In this document: one piece after another, positions 23,098-35,339 of the stretch | How the letters are laid out: every line of letters begins with the position of its first letter | Position numbering within the stretch: the stretch's first letter is position 1 | DNA from: Scenedesmus sp. PABB004 | Taxonomy: Eukaryota | NCBI GenBank assembly: GCA_014905635.1 | Contig: JABVCE010000022.1 | Span: 62,001 to 126,000, forward strand | Reading direction: 5' to 3' | Length of the DNA stretch: 64,000 bases | Position numbers and translations under genes: made by a program | The notes under the pieces: model-generated | The model's database searches: none | Told to the model about the DNA's origin: nothing | Seen by the model: the letters and a program-made list of their open reading frames with translations, nothing else

Positions 23098-23825
23098 GCG
23101 GCGCCTGGCGCGACCACGCGCGCGCGCAGCTGCCGCACCGCAGCGCGGCGCGCCGCCGCCGCGAGGCTGCGTGCGTCCAGCAGAGTACGCCGGGAGGCAG
23201 CGCGCGGGGCTCAGCAGGATCCGGGCGCGATCGCGGTGACAAACGCGTGGCCTATGTTGAGCCCAGACATCGCCCAGCTCCCGCCCGCGCGCGCCCGCGC
23301 CGCCCAGACTCGCGCCCCGCGATCGCCGCACGCAGGCGAAAGCCAGAGCAGGCGGGGACGCCCCCAGCACGCGTGCGCCGCGCTCGCGATTTCGCTCAAC
23401 CGCGCACAGCGCGCGCCGCTCGCGCCCCCGCCGGCACGAGGCGGCGCGGGGGTGCCTTCAGCGCGGCTAGCGCGCGCGCCGGGACGCTTTGGCGGGGGCG
23501 TAAGGGACGTCGCGGCGCCTGATTCACACCTACCGCACGCGTGCGGGGCGGCCCCAGCGGCGTCCTGAGCCCGCGCGCCACGGCGGTGAGGCGGCGAACG
23601 CGCGCGCGGGGCCGGGACGGGGGAGGCAGGCGCCGATGGCGGGCGAGCCGCGCCGGCGCGCGCGCTCGTGCGGCCGTAGCTGGCTCGAGGCGCGGGCCCA
23701 AGGGCCCCGGGGCCGGGAGAGCCCGCACGAGGCCGCCGGCCCACGCGGGGGGCGGGCGCCAACCCGCCTACCCGGCTGCTGCTCCCCCGCGCCCGTGCTT
23801 TCGCAGGCGCGCCCGCCGGGCCCAG

Positions 23826-26800
23826 ATGCCCATGGGACGCGGCTCCGGCGAGGGGGACCCGCTGAGCGGGTCTTTCGCAGCCATGAGCCAGCCAAGTCTC
23901 GAGCAGGAGCTGCTGAGTGGCAGCCTCTGCGGCCTGAGCGTGGCCGAGGATGACAGCGGCAGCCTCACCGTGGTCCCCGTCGTCGCTGGAAACGTGCGCG
24001 GCCCGCGGCCCGCGGCGCGCGGCCCGACGCGCGCGCAGCTGCTCGCGCGCACGCGCTGGCCGCCGCCGACCGCCGCCGACCGCCGCCGACCGCCGCCCCG
24101 CTCGCCCCGCCCCCGCCGCGCAGGTGGCCCTCGCGGCGTCGGCGACGAGCGCGGAGCGCGCCCCCGCGCCCGCGCCCGGCGGCGAGCAGCGGCGCCGGCT
24201 CTTCTTCTCCCAGGCGGCGCGCGGCGTCGGCGCGGAGCACCTGCGCGCCTGGTTCAGCCAGTGGGGCGGCGTGGAGTCGGTGCAGCTGCTCGGCGTCGCC
24301 GCCGACGGCACGGTGTGCGGCCACGTGACGATGGCCTCCGGCGACGCCGCCGCGGCCGCGCTCGCGGCGCAGAGCCCCGCCACGCCCACGCCGCTCGGCT
24401 ACCTCACCGTGTCGTGGCCGGTCGATGCGGCCGGCGCGGAGCCCGCGGCGCCTGCCGCGCCGGGCGCCGCGCCGGCGCCGGAGCAGCCGCAGGCGCAGCC
24501 GCAGGCGCAGCAGGCGCAGCAGGCGCAGCCGGCGCAGCAGCCCGGCGCGGGCAGCCCCGGCGCGGCGCAGCCGGCGCTCGTGGCCAACGCGGGCCGCACG
24601 GTGCGTCGGGCGCCGGCCGGCCGGAGCAGGGGCCGCCCGGCCTGCCGACCGCCGCGCGCCGCAGGCATGACCGCCCCGCGCCCCTCACCTCGCACGTCGC
24701 CGCCCCGCCGTTTGATCGCAGATCTTCTTCGCCAAGGTCCCGCCCACCGCGCTCGCGAGCGAGGTCGAGCTGCTGTTCGGCAGCTTCGGCAAGCTCGCCG
24801 AGGTCAACCTCTTCCGCGCGTGGGCCGGCGCAAAGCACAGCAAGGTGCGCGCGCGCGGGCGGCGCGGCGGGGCGCGGCCTGCGCGCCGCGCCGCGCCGCG
24901 CCGCGCGCCAGAGGGCCTGCCCCGCGCGCAGGCGCGCCGCGCGCCCCCGCCCCTCGCGCCCCCGGCCCTCGCGCGCCCGCCTCACGCCGCCGCCGCCGCG
25001 CCGCCAGGGGTGCGGCCTCATCACGTACGTCGACCGCGGCCACGCGGCGGCGGCGATCGCGCAGCTGCACGGCAAGTACGTCTTCCCCGGCAGCGACTGC
25101 CCCATGGTGGTGGAGTGGATGGACCTCAGGAAGCAACGGCCCGTGGGTGCGCACCCCCGCCGCGCCGCGTGCGGCCGCGCCGCGCCACAGCGGGCCGCGC
25201 CGCCGCGCCGCCGCGCCGGCCCGCCCACGCGCGCCGCCGCCGCCGCCGCGCAGCGCCGCCGCCGCCCGCGGACAAGCCGCCGCTGGGCTGCGCGCACGAC
25301 GCATACAAGCTACTGCTCAGCAACGTGCCGCCCGGCGTGGCGGAGGCCGACCTCGGCGCCATCCTCCGCCAGTTTGGCCACGTGGTGCAGCTGCACCTCG
25401 CGCCTGACGCGTCCGGGGTGCGCGGGGCGCGCACGCGCGCGCGGGCGCACGGACGCCGCGCCGCCGCGCCCCGCGCCCCGCGACCGCCGCGCCGAGCCTC
25501 ACTCAGACCCTCCGCGCGTCGCGTCGCGTGCCGCGCAGGTCTCCGCGAGCGGCCACGTGTGGTACGCCACCAAGCAGGCCGCGGACGCGCTGCAGAGCCG
25601 CGCCAAGGCCGACACGCTGTGGCTCCGCGACGCCCGCACGGGGCAGGACCTCGCGCTCGGCGTGAAGCGCGCCGCGCGCAAGCCCGGCGCCGCCTCGGGC
25701 GGCGGCGGCGGCGCCGGCGCCGGCGGCGGCGGCGGCGCCATGCTGCGCGGGCCGCCGCCGCTGGGGCCATACGGCACGATGCTGTGCGCGCCCAACGCGA
25801 GCAGCAGCAGCAACAGCAGCAGCAGCCTCCTGCCCGTGCTGCACCTCGGCGGCCTCTCCGGCGGCCTCTCGGGCGGCCTCTCGGGCAGCGGCGACGCGAG
25901 CGGGCACTTGGTGCAGCTGCAGGGCAGCGCGCGGCTCGCCGGCCTCTCCGGCAGCATGGACCTGAGCAGCGTCGGCGGGCTGCTCTCGCCGGACGTGCTG
26001 CGCCTGCTGCCCGTGGGCGCCAACCTCAGCGGCAGCTGCGTCGTCAGCGGCCCGCTGCACCCCGTCGGGCCCGGGTACCTGCCGGACGCGTGCGAGGCGA
26101 TGTTGGATGTCTATGACGCCACCGGCCTCGCCGCGCCGCCGGTGCACCTGCAGCCCGGCATCGCCGCCCAGGTGCGGGCGCGCGTGCATGCGCGCGCGCG
26201 CAGGCTGCGCCGCGCCGCGCCGCGCCGCGCGGAGCTGCCCGCGCTGACGCCGCCGCCCGCCCGCCTCGCCCCGCCAGCAGCTGGCGAGCAGCTACGCGCA
26301 GCAGCAGCAGCAGCGCCTCGCCGCCGGCGCGGCGGCGGCGCAGCGCGGCGCCGCGAGCAGCCAGGTGTGCGTGCTGCCCGGCGGCATGCTCGCGACGTCC
26401 GGGCAGCACTGCGTGTCCAGCCCCGCCAACCTCATGGCCCGGCTCGATGATGACTATGAGGGCAGCTTCAACATGCCCATCTCCCGCGGCGGCAGCGGCC
26501 ACGCGCTCGGCGCCGCCGGCCTGCCCGTCGGCGGCGCGCCGGCGGCGTGGCCGTCGCAGCACCAGCAGCAGCACCACCCGCCGCCCGGCGCGCCGCGGCC
26601 GCCGGGCGGCGGCGGCGCCGGCGGCGCCAAGGGCATCGCGGTGCCGATCGACCCGTTTGAGGTCCAGCTCGTCGCGGAGCACCTCACCTTTCTCAGCGCG
26701 CGCAGCGGCGCGGCGCTGAACATCACGTCCCTGCCGGGCGCCGGCCTCGCGCTGATGATGACGGGCCGGCCCGACCAGGTCGGCGCGGCGCAGCAGCTGC

Positions 26801-26826
26801 TCGCGGCGCTGCGCGGGCAGGGCTGA
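23826..26826 (+). CDS. CELF/Bruno/FCA-like RNA-binding protein with three RRM-like domains and a C-terminal KH-like domain
   Basis: IFFAKVPP...FGSFGKLAEVNLFR..HSK|GCGLITY...AIAQLHGKYVFPGSDCPMVVEWMD is a CELF-type RRM. Further RRMs start at RLFFSQ and KLLLSNVPP. The C-terminus has LSARSGAALNI...MTGRPDQVGAAQQLL. Confidence 0.8.
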
Positions 26827-28248
26827 GCGCGCGGGCGGGCGGCGGCGGGGGCGGCGGGGAGGCGCGCGGGCGGCGGGGGCGGGCGGCGGGGAGCGCAGGC
26901 GGCGGCGGTCGCCGCCCGCGCGGCGCCGCGCGCCGCGAGCGCGAGGGGAGGAGGGGCGGGGTCGGCCGCGGTCCCTGAGAGCCCAACGACTGTTGCCCGC
27001 GCGGCGGTGTACAGGGCGGCCCGCGCACTCACACTCACGGCACTGACGTGAACGGCGGTCGGTCGGTCGGTCGGTCGGTCCGCGCATGGCTTTGTGGGCC
27101 GGCGCCGGCATGCGCGGCCGCGGCGGCGTCGAGCGAGAGAACCGGCCGCCGGCGGCCCTGCGCTGTGTGATGCATTGCCTGGAACGGGCGCACGCACACG
27201 CGTGAATCGGCGGACGACTGCGTGCCTGCCTGCGCATTCAGGGAACGGGGGCGGCTCGCGAGAGGGAGGGCGGGGGGCACGGGCAGGGGGGGGGAACCTC
27301 GGGCGGCGGGCGGGACGGGCCTGGGCGAGGAACGTGCGTGTCGCGGCGCCCGCGACGGCGCCGCTGAATCATCGCGTTCTTTCCCCTTCCCCCAACGGCG
27401 CCGAGGCGCGGGCTCGGCGCCGGTTGCGCCCCGCCGCCGCGCCCGCGCCGCGCCCGCGCCGCATCGAACACTCTCACACCCGGGCTGACGCCGAACGTTG
27501 CCCGGCCACTGCCGGCCGCGGCGGCGCGGCCGCGTCTGCGCGGCGCCGCGCGCCGCGCCGCGCCGCACGCATGCACGCGGCGCGTTTGAAAGCGGGGGCG
27601 CCGCACTCCGGCCCCGCCCTCGCATACACACACCCACACCCACATACGAGCACCCCGCTTGCGTTCTCACACACACCGACCCGCTTGCGCGGCGCCGCGC
27701 GGCGCGCATGCAAAGCGCCGGCGCGCGCATGCGTCCGCCCACCCCCCACCACCCTGTTCGCACCTTGTGGGAGGCCCCCCTGCGCCGCCCGGATTGCAAC
27801 TCGGCGGCGCCTGGATTGCTTGCCCATCAGGGCTCGCCGCACCTTTTGGATCGCGCACCACACTTGGCCACACTGCACACTGTCCGAGACGGTCTTGGCC
27901 GCCGGTTGTTTGTTCGCTCGTGAGCGGGGCATGGGGCTGGTTGGCGGCGCCGCACACGCGCGCGACGCCCGCACTTGCGCTCTGTCTGTCTTGGCCTTAC
28001 GCGCGCGTCGCTGCCGCAGCGGCCCGCGGCGCGCGCGGTGCGCGCGCGCCTTGGTGCGTCGCCGCACTTGCCTGCTCTGTCTCCCTCTGAGCGCCTAGCC
28101 GTTTGTTGTGAGCCGCAGAGAGGAGGAGGTTCGAGGGAATAAGCACCCACACGCACGCGTCTGTCAGTCTGTCTGTCGTGGTAACCGGTCCGCAATCGCC
28201 GCAGCGGCGCGCGAGCGCGAGCTGAGGGGGGCGCTGGCGATCGCACAA

Positions 28249-28480
28249 GCTGGGCGGCGTCTCCGCCTGGTCTGGCGGTCGCGTGCGTGCGCCGATCGCG
28301 GCGCGCGGGCCTGGGCGGCGCGGGCGCGGGCGGGAGCGGGGCGCGGCCTCAACCACCGTGTTTGCCAACGTGATCGCCCGAATCCCGGGCGCCGCGTCGC
28401 CGCCTGGGGTGGCGGCCGTCGCGCGCGAGCGCGAGGGCGCCCACGCGGCCGCCGCGCCCGCGCGCGCGTTGCGCGCGCCG
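28249..28480 (+). repeat. Diverged dispersed repeat or gene relic related to 19770-19920, 23220-23370 and 15330-15415 (all minus strand)
   Basis: By-eye alignments include gctggg..gcgt..ccgcctg.tctggc...cgatcgcgg.gcgcg..ctgggcggcgcgggcgcg and ccgcgtcg.cgcctggggtgg.ggcc.tc.cgcgcgagc.cgagggcgcccacgc. Confidence 0.65.
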
Positions 28481-29161
28481 GGGCGCCGAGGCCGCCGCCG
28501 CCGCCCGCGCGGCTGCGCCTGGCCGAGGCCGGCCGGCAACTGGAGTCTCAGGCCCCCCCTGCTGCGGTGTGCAGCGCACATGTGTGTGCACACGCTCGTG
28601 GTACAGCGCATGCGTTTTTTGAGCGCCGCGCGCGTGGCGGCGCGCCGGGCCGGGCCGGGCCGGGCCGGGCCGGACACCGCCGCAGCGCATTCCCGATTCA
28701 TTCCATGCAGGCTGCACGCACAGGCCCTGAGCAGTTTGAAGGCCCGCTTGCCACGATGAACAAGTGACGAGGGACCACAAACCAAGTGCCGCCCACAGAC
28801 GCGCGCGGCGCTGTGCAAGGCGGGGCCGGGTCCGCGCCGGGGCTGCGCCCCGGCGGGGCCCACGCCGCCACTACTGCCGCCCCCGGGATCACGCACACAC
28901 AAACGAGCTTCGCAGCCGCCGCCCCTGCCCCCGCGCGCCCGCACGTGCCCCTGCGGCGCGCGCTGCTGGCTGAGCGGCCGCCTATGGTCAATCAATGGGG
29001 CAGCCACCACGTCGCCGCGGCGCCCGGCGAAAAGAAGAATGGGCGGGCCATGGGCCGCCCCCGGGCGCCAGCCACGTTCCGCCGCTGCCGCCCTGAGTTG
29101 TTATTCGCCCCGCCGCGCCGCGCCGCGCCACGCACCGCGGCGCCGCGCACCGCGGCGGCGC

Positions 29162-32100
29162 TCAGGCCTCCTGCTTGAGCAGCAGCTCCACCAGCGCCGC
29201 CTCGGCGTCGTCGTCGTCGTCCCACATCGCCGCGACGTCAGCCTCGGTGAGCGCGCCGAGGGAGCCGAGGCCGGCCATCGCGAGGTCGCCGCTCAGGCCG
29301 AGGCAGGCGGGGCTCAGGCTCATCGGGCCAAACCCCGGCACGTCCGGCAGGCTGCCGGGGGGCAGCGCGCCGCGCGCCCAGTCGGCGGCGGACGGCTGGC
29401 CGGCGCCGCCGGGCGCGGGCCGGCACGCGTCGCCCGCGGCCGCGGCCGCGGCCGCGGCCGCGAGCGCGGGCGCGAGCGCGCCGCGGCCGCCGCCGCCGCC
29501 GCCGCTGCCGTGCGCGTGCTTGGCGGGGGGCTGCGCGCCAAAGGGCGCAGCGCCCGCGCCGGGCGGCTCCGGCGCGCTGGGGTCGCTGAGGCTGCCGGGG
29601 CTGACCGGCCCGCCGAGCGCCACGCCGGCCGAGCCCGGCAGCACGGTGGGCATGCTGGCGCTCGTGTGCACCTGCAGCTGCGCCGGCGCGGCGCTGAACG
29701 CCACGGTCGCCGCGGGCGTCGCCGCGTCGCCAGGCGACAGCGGCGCCGGGCTGCCAAAGCCGCCGCCCCCGCCGGGCGGCGCGTAGCCCGCGGGCGTCGG
29801 CGTCGGCGGGGCTGGCCCTGGGCCCCCGCCAGCGCGTCGCCCGCCGCCGGCAGGTGCTGCTGCGGGTGCAGCAGCGCGGCCGCGGGGTACGGCCACGCGC
29901 CCAGCGCGTGCGGCGGCGCCTGCAGCAGCACGCCCTGCGACGCGCCGCCGTCGGGCGGCGGCAGCGCCGGCTGCAGCTGGAACGCGTGCGGCGGCAGCCC
30001 GCCGCCGCTGGAGCCGCCGCCGCCGCCGCCCTGCGCCGCCGCCGCGTGCGCCGCGGCCGCGGCGGCGGCCTGGTGCTGCTGCAGCAGCGCCTTGAGCTTG
30101 CGCCGCCCGAGCGGGATGCCGCGGCTCCACGCCGGCACGTCCACGCCCGCCGCGAGCAGCAGGTCCTCGTGCCGCCGCACAAAGTGCTTGCGCAGGCAGT
30201 CGGGGTGGTACGCCGCGTAGGGCGTGATGCTGCTGGAGCAGGCGTGGCAGGTGATGCTCTTGTGCGTGTTGATCGTCCAGCGCCCCGTCATCGCGCCGCC
30301 AAAGAGCGCCTCGCAGCGCGCCTGCATGTCGGCGAGCCGCGCCGCGTGCTGCGCGGGGTCGCGGTAGCTGCCTGCGCGCGGCGGGGCGCGGCGGCGGCGG
30401 CGGGCGGTGAGCGTTGGCGTCCGCGTCGGGTGGGCGGCGCGCGGCGGGCGGGCGGGCGGCGGGCGGCGGGCGCGCGCGCGGCCATATGCGCGCGCGGCGC
30501 ACCGTCGGCGTGGCGCGTCGCCTTGCGCCCGCCGGCGGACGGCTGCTCCTCAGACTCGTCGTCCTCGGCGGCGCCGCCGCCGGCCGCGCCCCCGCCAGAG
30601 GCGGCGCCGCCTGCGGCGGCGGCGGCCGCCGCCGCGGTGCGCTGCGCGGCGAGCGCCTTGCCGATGGGCGCGCAGGACTTGCGCCACGGCTCGACGTCCA
30701 CGCCGGCGGCCTTGAGCCAGGGCTCGTGGTGCCGCACAAAGTGCTGCGGCGCGGCGACGCGGCGTGGGGGCGTCGGCGCGGCGCGCGCGGCCCCGGCGCG
30801 GGGACGCCAGCCCGGTGCGGGCGCGGGCGCGGCGCCAGCCTGGCGCGTGCGCGGCTGTCTGCCCCACCCCCGGGCGCACCTTGCGCACTGCGTCGATGTG
30901 GTACGCCTCGTACGGCACGACGGCGGAGCTGCACAGCAGGCACACCACGCGCTTGTGGTGCTCAATCTGCGCGTCAGCAGCGCGCCGCGGCGCGTCAGCG
31001 GCGCGGCGCGGCGCGGCGGGCGCGGGCGGACAGGCAGGGCGGCGAAGCGCGCCGCGCAGCGCCCGGGGCGCGCCTGGAAGCGGTCCGCGATGGCGCCGTT
31101 GAAGAGCGCGTTGCAGCGCGTGCGCATGTCGTTGAGGCGCTGCTGGTGGCGCGCCTCGTCCTTGAAGCGGCCTGACGGCGGCGGCCGGGCGCGGCGTGGC
31201 GGGCGGCGGGTCGGCGCGGCGCCAGCGTGCGGCCGGCTCTGCCCACGTGCCGCCGCCGGCGGCGGCGCGGCGCGGCGGCGCGCGCCGCTCACCGTCTGCA
31301 AACTTGGTCTTGGTCTCTGACTTGACGCGCCCGCCCGCCAGCGCCAGCTGCAGGCCCTGCAGCGCGCTGTCGGCCGGCGCCGCGGCGCCCGACGCGCCGC
31401 GCGCCGCGGCGTCGCCCTGGCTCGCGCTGCTGCCGCGGCTGTGCAGCTCCTGCCCGGGGGGCAGCAGAAAACCGCCCGCCAGGCTTGCCAGGCCCGCACC
31501 GCTGGCTGCGGTGATGCTGTTTATGTGCAGCTGCTGGAGCTGGTCCAGCGAGGTGTGCAGGTCCAGCTGCTGCGGCGCCACGTGCGCCAGCAGCGGCAGG
31601 CACCCCGGCGGCGCCTGGGGGGCGCCGCCCTGCGCAAGCACGACAAAGGGGGTGGAAAAGCTCCCGGGGCCGTGCTGGCCGCGTAGCGGCGGCACCTCCG
31701 GGCGGCGGCGGCGGCGGCGGCCGCGGCCGCGGCCGCGGCCGCTCCCTGCAGCCACGCCTGCTGCTGCGCCTGCCACTGCTGGGAGCGCGGGCTGTCGTCG
31801 CTCTCGCGCTTCACCGCCTTGGCGGGGCTGGGCTCCGGCGCGCCGTCGGCGCCCTGCAGCCGCGCCAGCAGCGCCGCGCGCGGGTCGTGCTCGGCGCCGC
31901 CGCCGCCGTGCGCGGCGCGCTTGGCGGCGCGCGGCGCTCCGCCGTCCTCCTGCTCGTAGGCCGGCTGCGGCGGCGCGGCGCAGGCCCAGTCCTGGCCCGC
32001 GGGCAGGCGGTGGCTCGAGAACGAACCGTTGTCGGTGGCGCCGCTCGCCGCCACGGCCGGCGACGGCGGCGGCGGCGCGAGCGCGCGCGCGTGCGCCGCG

Positions 32101-32899
32101 GCCGGCGCCTCGTGGCTGCTGCTGCTGCTGCCGCCGCCCGAGCCCGGCGTGCGGCCGGCGCCGGCGCCCGCGGCTGCGGGGCCCGCGGCCTCGTCCGACC
32201 CGGGCGCGCCGCGCGCCGCCGGCGGCGACGGCGGGCGGTCGCCGCTGAGCGAGCTGCTGCGCGCGCCGCCCGCCGGCGACGGGGTCGGCAGCCGGCCGCC
32301 GCTGGACTCCCTCAGGTAGTCGGCCAGGGTCCAGGGCGGCGGCGTGGCCGTGGGCGAGAGGAAGAGCCGGCAGGCCGCCGCCGCGGGGATCGCGTCGAGC
32401 GCGGCGTGCTGGTCGCGAAAGTACGCGAACGCCTCGGCCAGGGCCTCGTCGCTCAGGATGGGCACCGGGTTGCCAAAGCTGGGGGCGGCGGCGGCGCGGG
32501 GAGTCGGGCGCGGCCGGCGGCCGCTGCACCGGCGCGCGCGGCGTTCGGCGTTCGGCGTGCGGCGTGCGGCGGCGAGCCCTGCCGCGCCCACCGCGCTCAC
32601 CAGGAGTACTCCAGCCGCCACCACGTCTCCTGGCCCGTGCTAGCGGTGAGCAGGCGCCTGATCTGGGCGCTAAACTCAGCGAGCGATGGCGGGCGCAGCT
32701 CCGCGGGCGGCAGCGAGAGCGGGCCCAGGTGCACCACCGCGCCGTCCCAGGCGCCCACAAGGTGCACGCGTGTGGCGCCCGTGGGGCTCGTCAGGCCGCT
32801 GCCTGCGCGGCGCGGGCGGGGCAGGGGCAGTTGCGCGCGTTGGCGCCTGCGCGTGCGCGCCGGCCGCGAACGCCCCGGAATTGATGTTGCGGGGCCCAT
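29162..32899 (-). CDS. Putative transcription factor: N-terminal PB1-like domain, two BED-like C2H2 zinc-finger modules and an acidic C-terminus
   Basis: WRLEYS|..FGNPVPILSDEALAEAF is PB1-like. CLLC...K|HFVRHH and CHAC...KHFVRRH sit in two homologous ~90-aa modules. The end reads MWDDDDDAEAALVELLLKQEA*. The start codon and two frame junctions (~31700, ~29800) are uncertain. Confidence 0.6.
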
Positions 32900-33503
32900 G
32901 GGTGAAGTGTGGCGGTCGGGCGGCCGCTGCGGCGGCGTTCCCCTATGGAACGCCGCAGCCCTCGCCCGCACCCGCTTCGCGAGGCGACTCCATAGGGGGC
33001 GGCTGGCGCGCTGGTTGGGGGCTAGCGCTCCATCCGAATAAGGGTCGCACGCGAACGGGCGAGCGGACCGCCCTGCGAGGCGAGGGCGGCCGGGTTCAGC
33101 GGGTCCCCTTGCCGTGCCTAGGCGTCCCAACGGCGGCTGCGCCGCGCGTGCCCGCCGGCGCCCGATGCACCTTCCAGAGCCTCGCCGGGCACGGCGCGCA
33201 GGCGCGGGGCCGCGGCAGGGGCCAGCGCGACGCATCAACTTGCTCTCAGATGGGGCTGCCCTCGCCGCGCACGCCGGGCTCAGTGCCCCGCGCCACACCC
33301 TCTGTGCGGAGCCCTGCCATTGGCTACGGCCAGTCGACCATGTGCGTGACACCTAGACCAGGGCTGGGCTGCTCCACGGGCGTCGCGGCCGCCGCCGCCG
33401 TCGCCAGCTGCGGCAGGCGGGAGACGCCCAGCACGCTGCTGAGCCAGCTGCTGCAGCTGCTGCCACTGCGCCGCCGCCGCGGCCGACCCAACCGGCGCCG
33501 CCC

Positions 33504-35339
33504 CTACGCGACGCCCGCGCCGCGCACGATCGCGCGCCCGCCGGCGACGTCGTAGCGCACAGCCACGCCGTCCAGCACCACCGTGTACTGCCCGCCGCCG
33601 CCGTCGTCAGCCGGCAGCGCGCTGGTGCGCTGGTGGAGCGAGCGGATGTCGCGCGCCAGCGCCTGCGCGCGCGCGCGCGCGTGCGCGTGTGTGTGTGTGG
33701 CGGCCGGCCTGTTGCGCCGCCCGCTGGCCCCCGCCGCGCGCCTGCCCCGCACACGCTGCGCCGCCCGCCGGCCCCGGCCCACACCTGCACCACGAGCTCA
33801 CTGAACGCCGCGGCGCTGGGGTAGAGGGAGCGCCGGGCCGCCGCGCGCCGGCGCCACGCCTCTGCCAGCGCGGCGGCCGCGCCGGGCCCGACCTCCACGC
33901 CCGCGAGCGCCAGCGGCTCCTCGTCCGCCTCGGCCTGCGGCGCGGCGCGGCGGCCGCGGCGCGGCGTGCGCGGTCGCCGACGCCTGCAGCGGCGCCGGGC
34001 CGCGGCGCCGGCCCCGCGGCGCGCCGCCGCCGGCCGGCCCCGTGCGGCGCGGGCGTCACGCACCCGCACCCACGCCGGCGCGGCCGCCGTGGGCAGCGCG
34101 TCACAGAAGGGCAGGTAAGGCTTGATGTCCAGCACGGGCGACCCGTCCACGACGTCGGCGCCGCCCAGCACGAGCACCCCCGCGGCCGCGTCGACCTGCA
34201 CAACCTGGCGGCGCGGCGCGCGGGCGAGTGCGGGCGCGGGCACGCGGGCGCGCGGGCGCGGGCGGTGGGGCGCGGGCGGTGGGGGCGTGGCGCACGGGGC
34301 CGCGCGGGCGCGGGACGGCGCGCGCTATGCGGCGCTTTAGGGCCGCGCGCCGCGCGCCTCGGCGGTGCTCAGGCCGATCGGGACGGGCCGGTGCGGCGTG
34401 CGCGTGGCGAGCACGCCGAGCTTGGCGCCGTTGAGGCGCGGCACGCGAATGGTGCCCTTGACGCGCGCGACGTGCTGCGAGGCGCCGCCCGCGCGCGCGG
34501 CGAGCAGCTTCGCGAGGTCTGCGGCGCCGCAGCGGCGGCGGCTGAGCCCCGCGCCCCGCCTCGCCTCCGCGCCCGTGCCTGCGCCCCTCCCTGGCCACGC
34601 GTCGCACCCGTGTTGGCGTGAAACACGTAGATGATCCAGCAGTGAGAGAAGCCGGCGAGGCCCTCGAGCGCGGTTGGCGGAATGCCGGGGCCGAGGCGCA
34701 GCACCGCGCGCGCCGCGGGCACGAGGTGCGGCTGCCGCGGCGTGCCGCCGCGCCTGGTGAAGCAGGAGCGCAGCACGCCGATGGGGGCAAAGGGGTAGAC
34801 GGCCGGCGGGGTGCCGTCCGCGCCGCAGCCGGCGTCGCCCGAGGCCTCGGCGTCGCCCGCCTCGGCGTCCGTGCACGCTGGCCGCTGCTCAACCTCCTGC
34901 CCAGTCTGCCCCTGCCTCTGCTCACGCTGCTCGGGCTGCTGCTGCTGCGGCCGCCCCGGGTCCTGCGGCGCGCGGCCGGCTCCCGCGCCCGCGGCGGCGC
35001 AGCGCGCGTGCTCCAGGCGGAGCTGCGCGAGCGCCTGCTCCGCTCGAATGCGGCCCGCCCGGTCGGCGGCGCGCTTCTCCCGCTCGTGGGACAGCGAGGC
35101 CTGCAGCAGCAGCCGGGCGGCTGCTGGGCGGCGGGCGGCGGCGCGCCCGGGCGGCGGCGCGCACCGGCAGCGGTGCTGGTGCTGCGCGCGGCGCCGGCGC
35201 AAGCCGCTGGCGTCGCCACCGGTGTCGCGCGCACCTGGAGCTGTGCTACGACGGATCGGCTGCGCCGCCAGGCGAGCGCGGCAGCCGCCAGGGCAGCAGC
35301 AGCGGCGGCGGCAGCGGACGCGGCGGTAGCGGCACGCAT
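33504..35339 (-). CDS. TRMO: tRNA (adenine37-N6)-methyltransferase TrmO/TsaA
   Basis: PIGVLRSCF..RGGTPRQP, LEGLAGFSHCWIIYVFHANT, VPRLNGAKLGVLATRTPHRPVPIGLS and GADVVDGSPVLDIKPY. Confidence 0.92.

Larger units (their letters stand above)
16538..23437. repeat. Head-to-tail segmental duplication, unit about 3.45 kb (16538-19988 and 19989-23437)
   Basis: The copies are nearly identical at offset 3449-3451. Differences I could see are a few 1-bp indels and about 2 substitutions. AGGCG microhomology lies at the junction. Confidence 0.95.

Noticed and set aside
26827..29161. Search for tRNA, rRNA or snRNA genes in the long intergenic stretches (also 35340-36359, 38733-40021, 60340-61158)
   Set aside because: I recognised no cloverleaf, rRNA or snRNA motifs by eye. 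A covariance-model scan would be needed to exclude them.
33504..35339. TRMO as part of the DUF2156 cluster because both involve tRNA
   Set aside because: TRMO is a housekeeping tRNA modifier separated from the cluster by a kinase gene. Nothing in the sequence links them.
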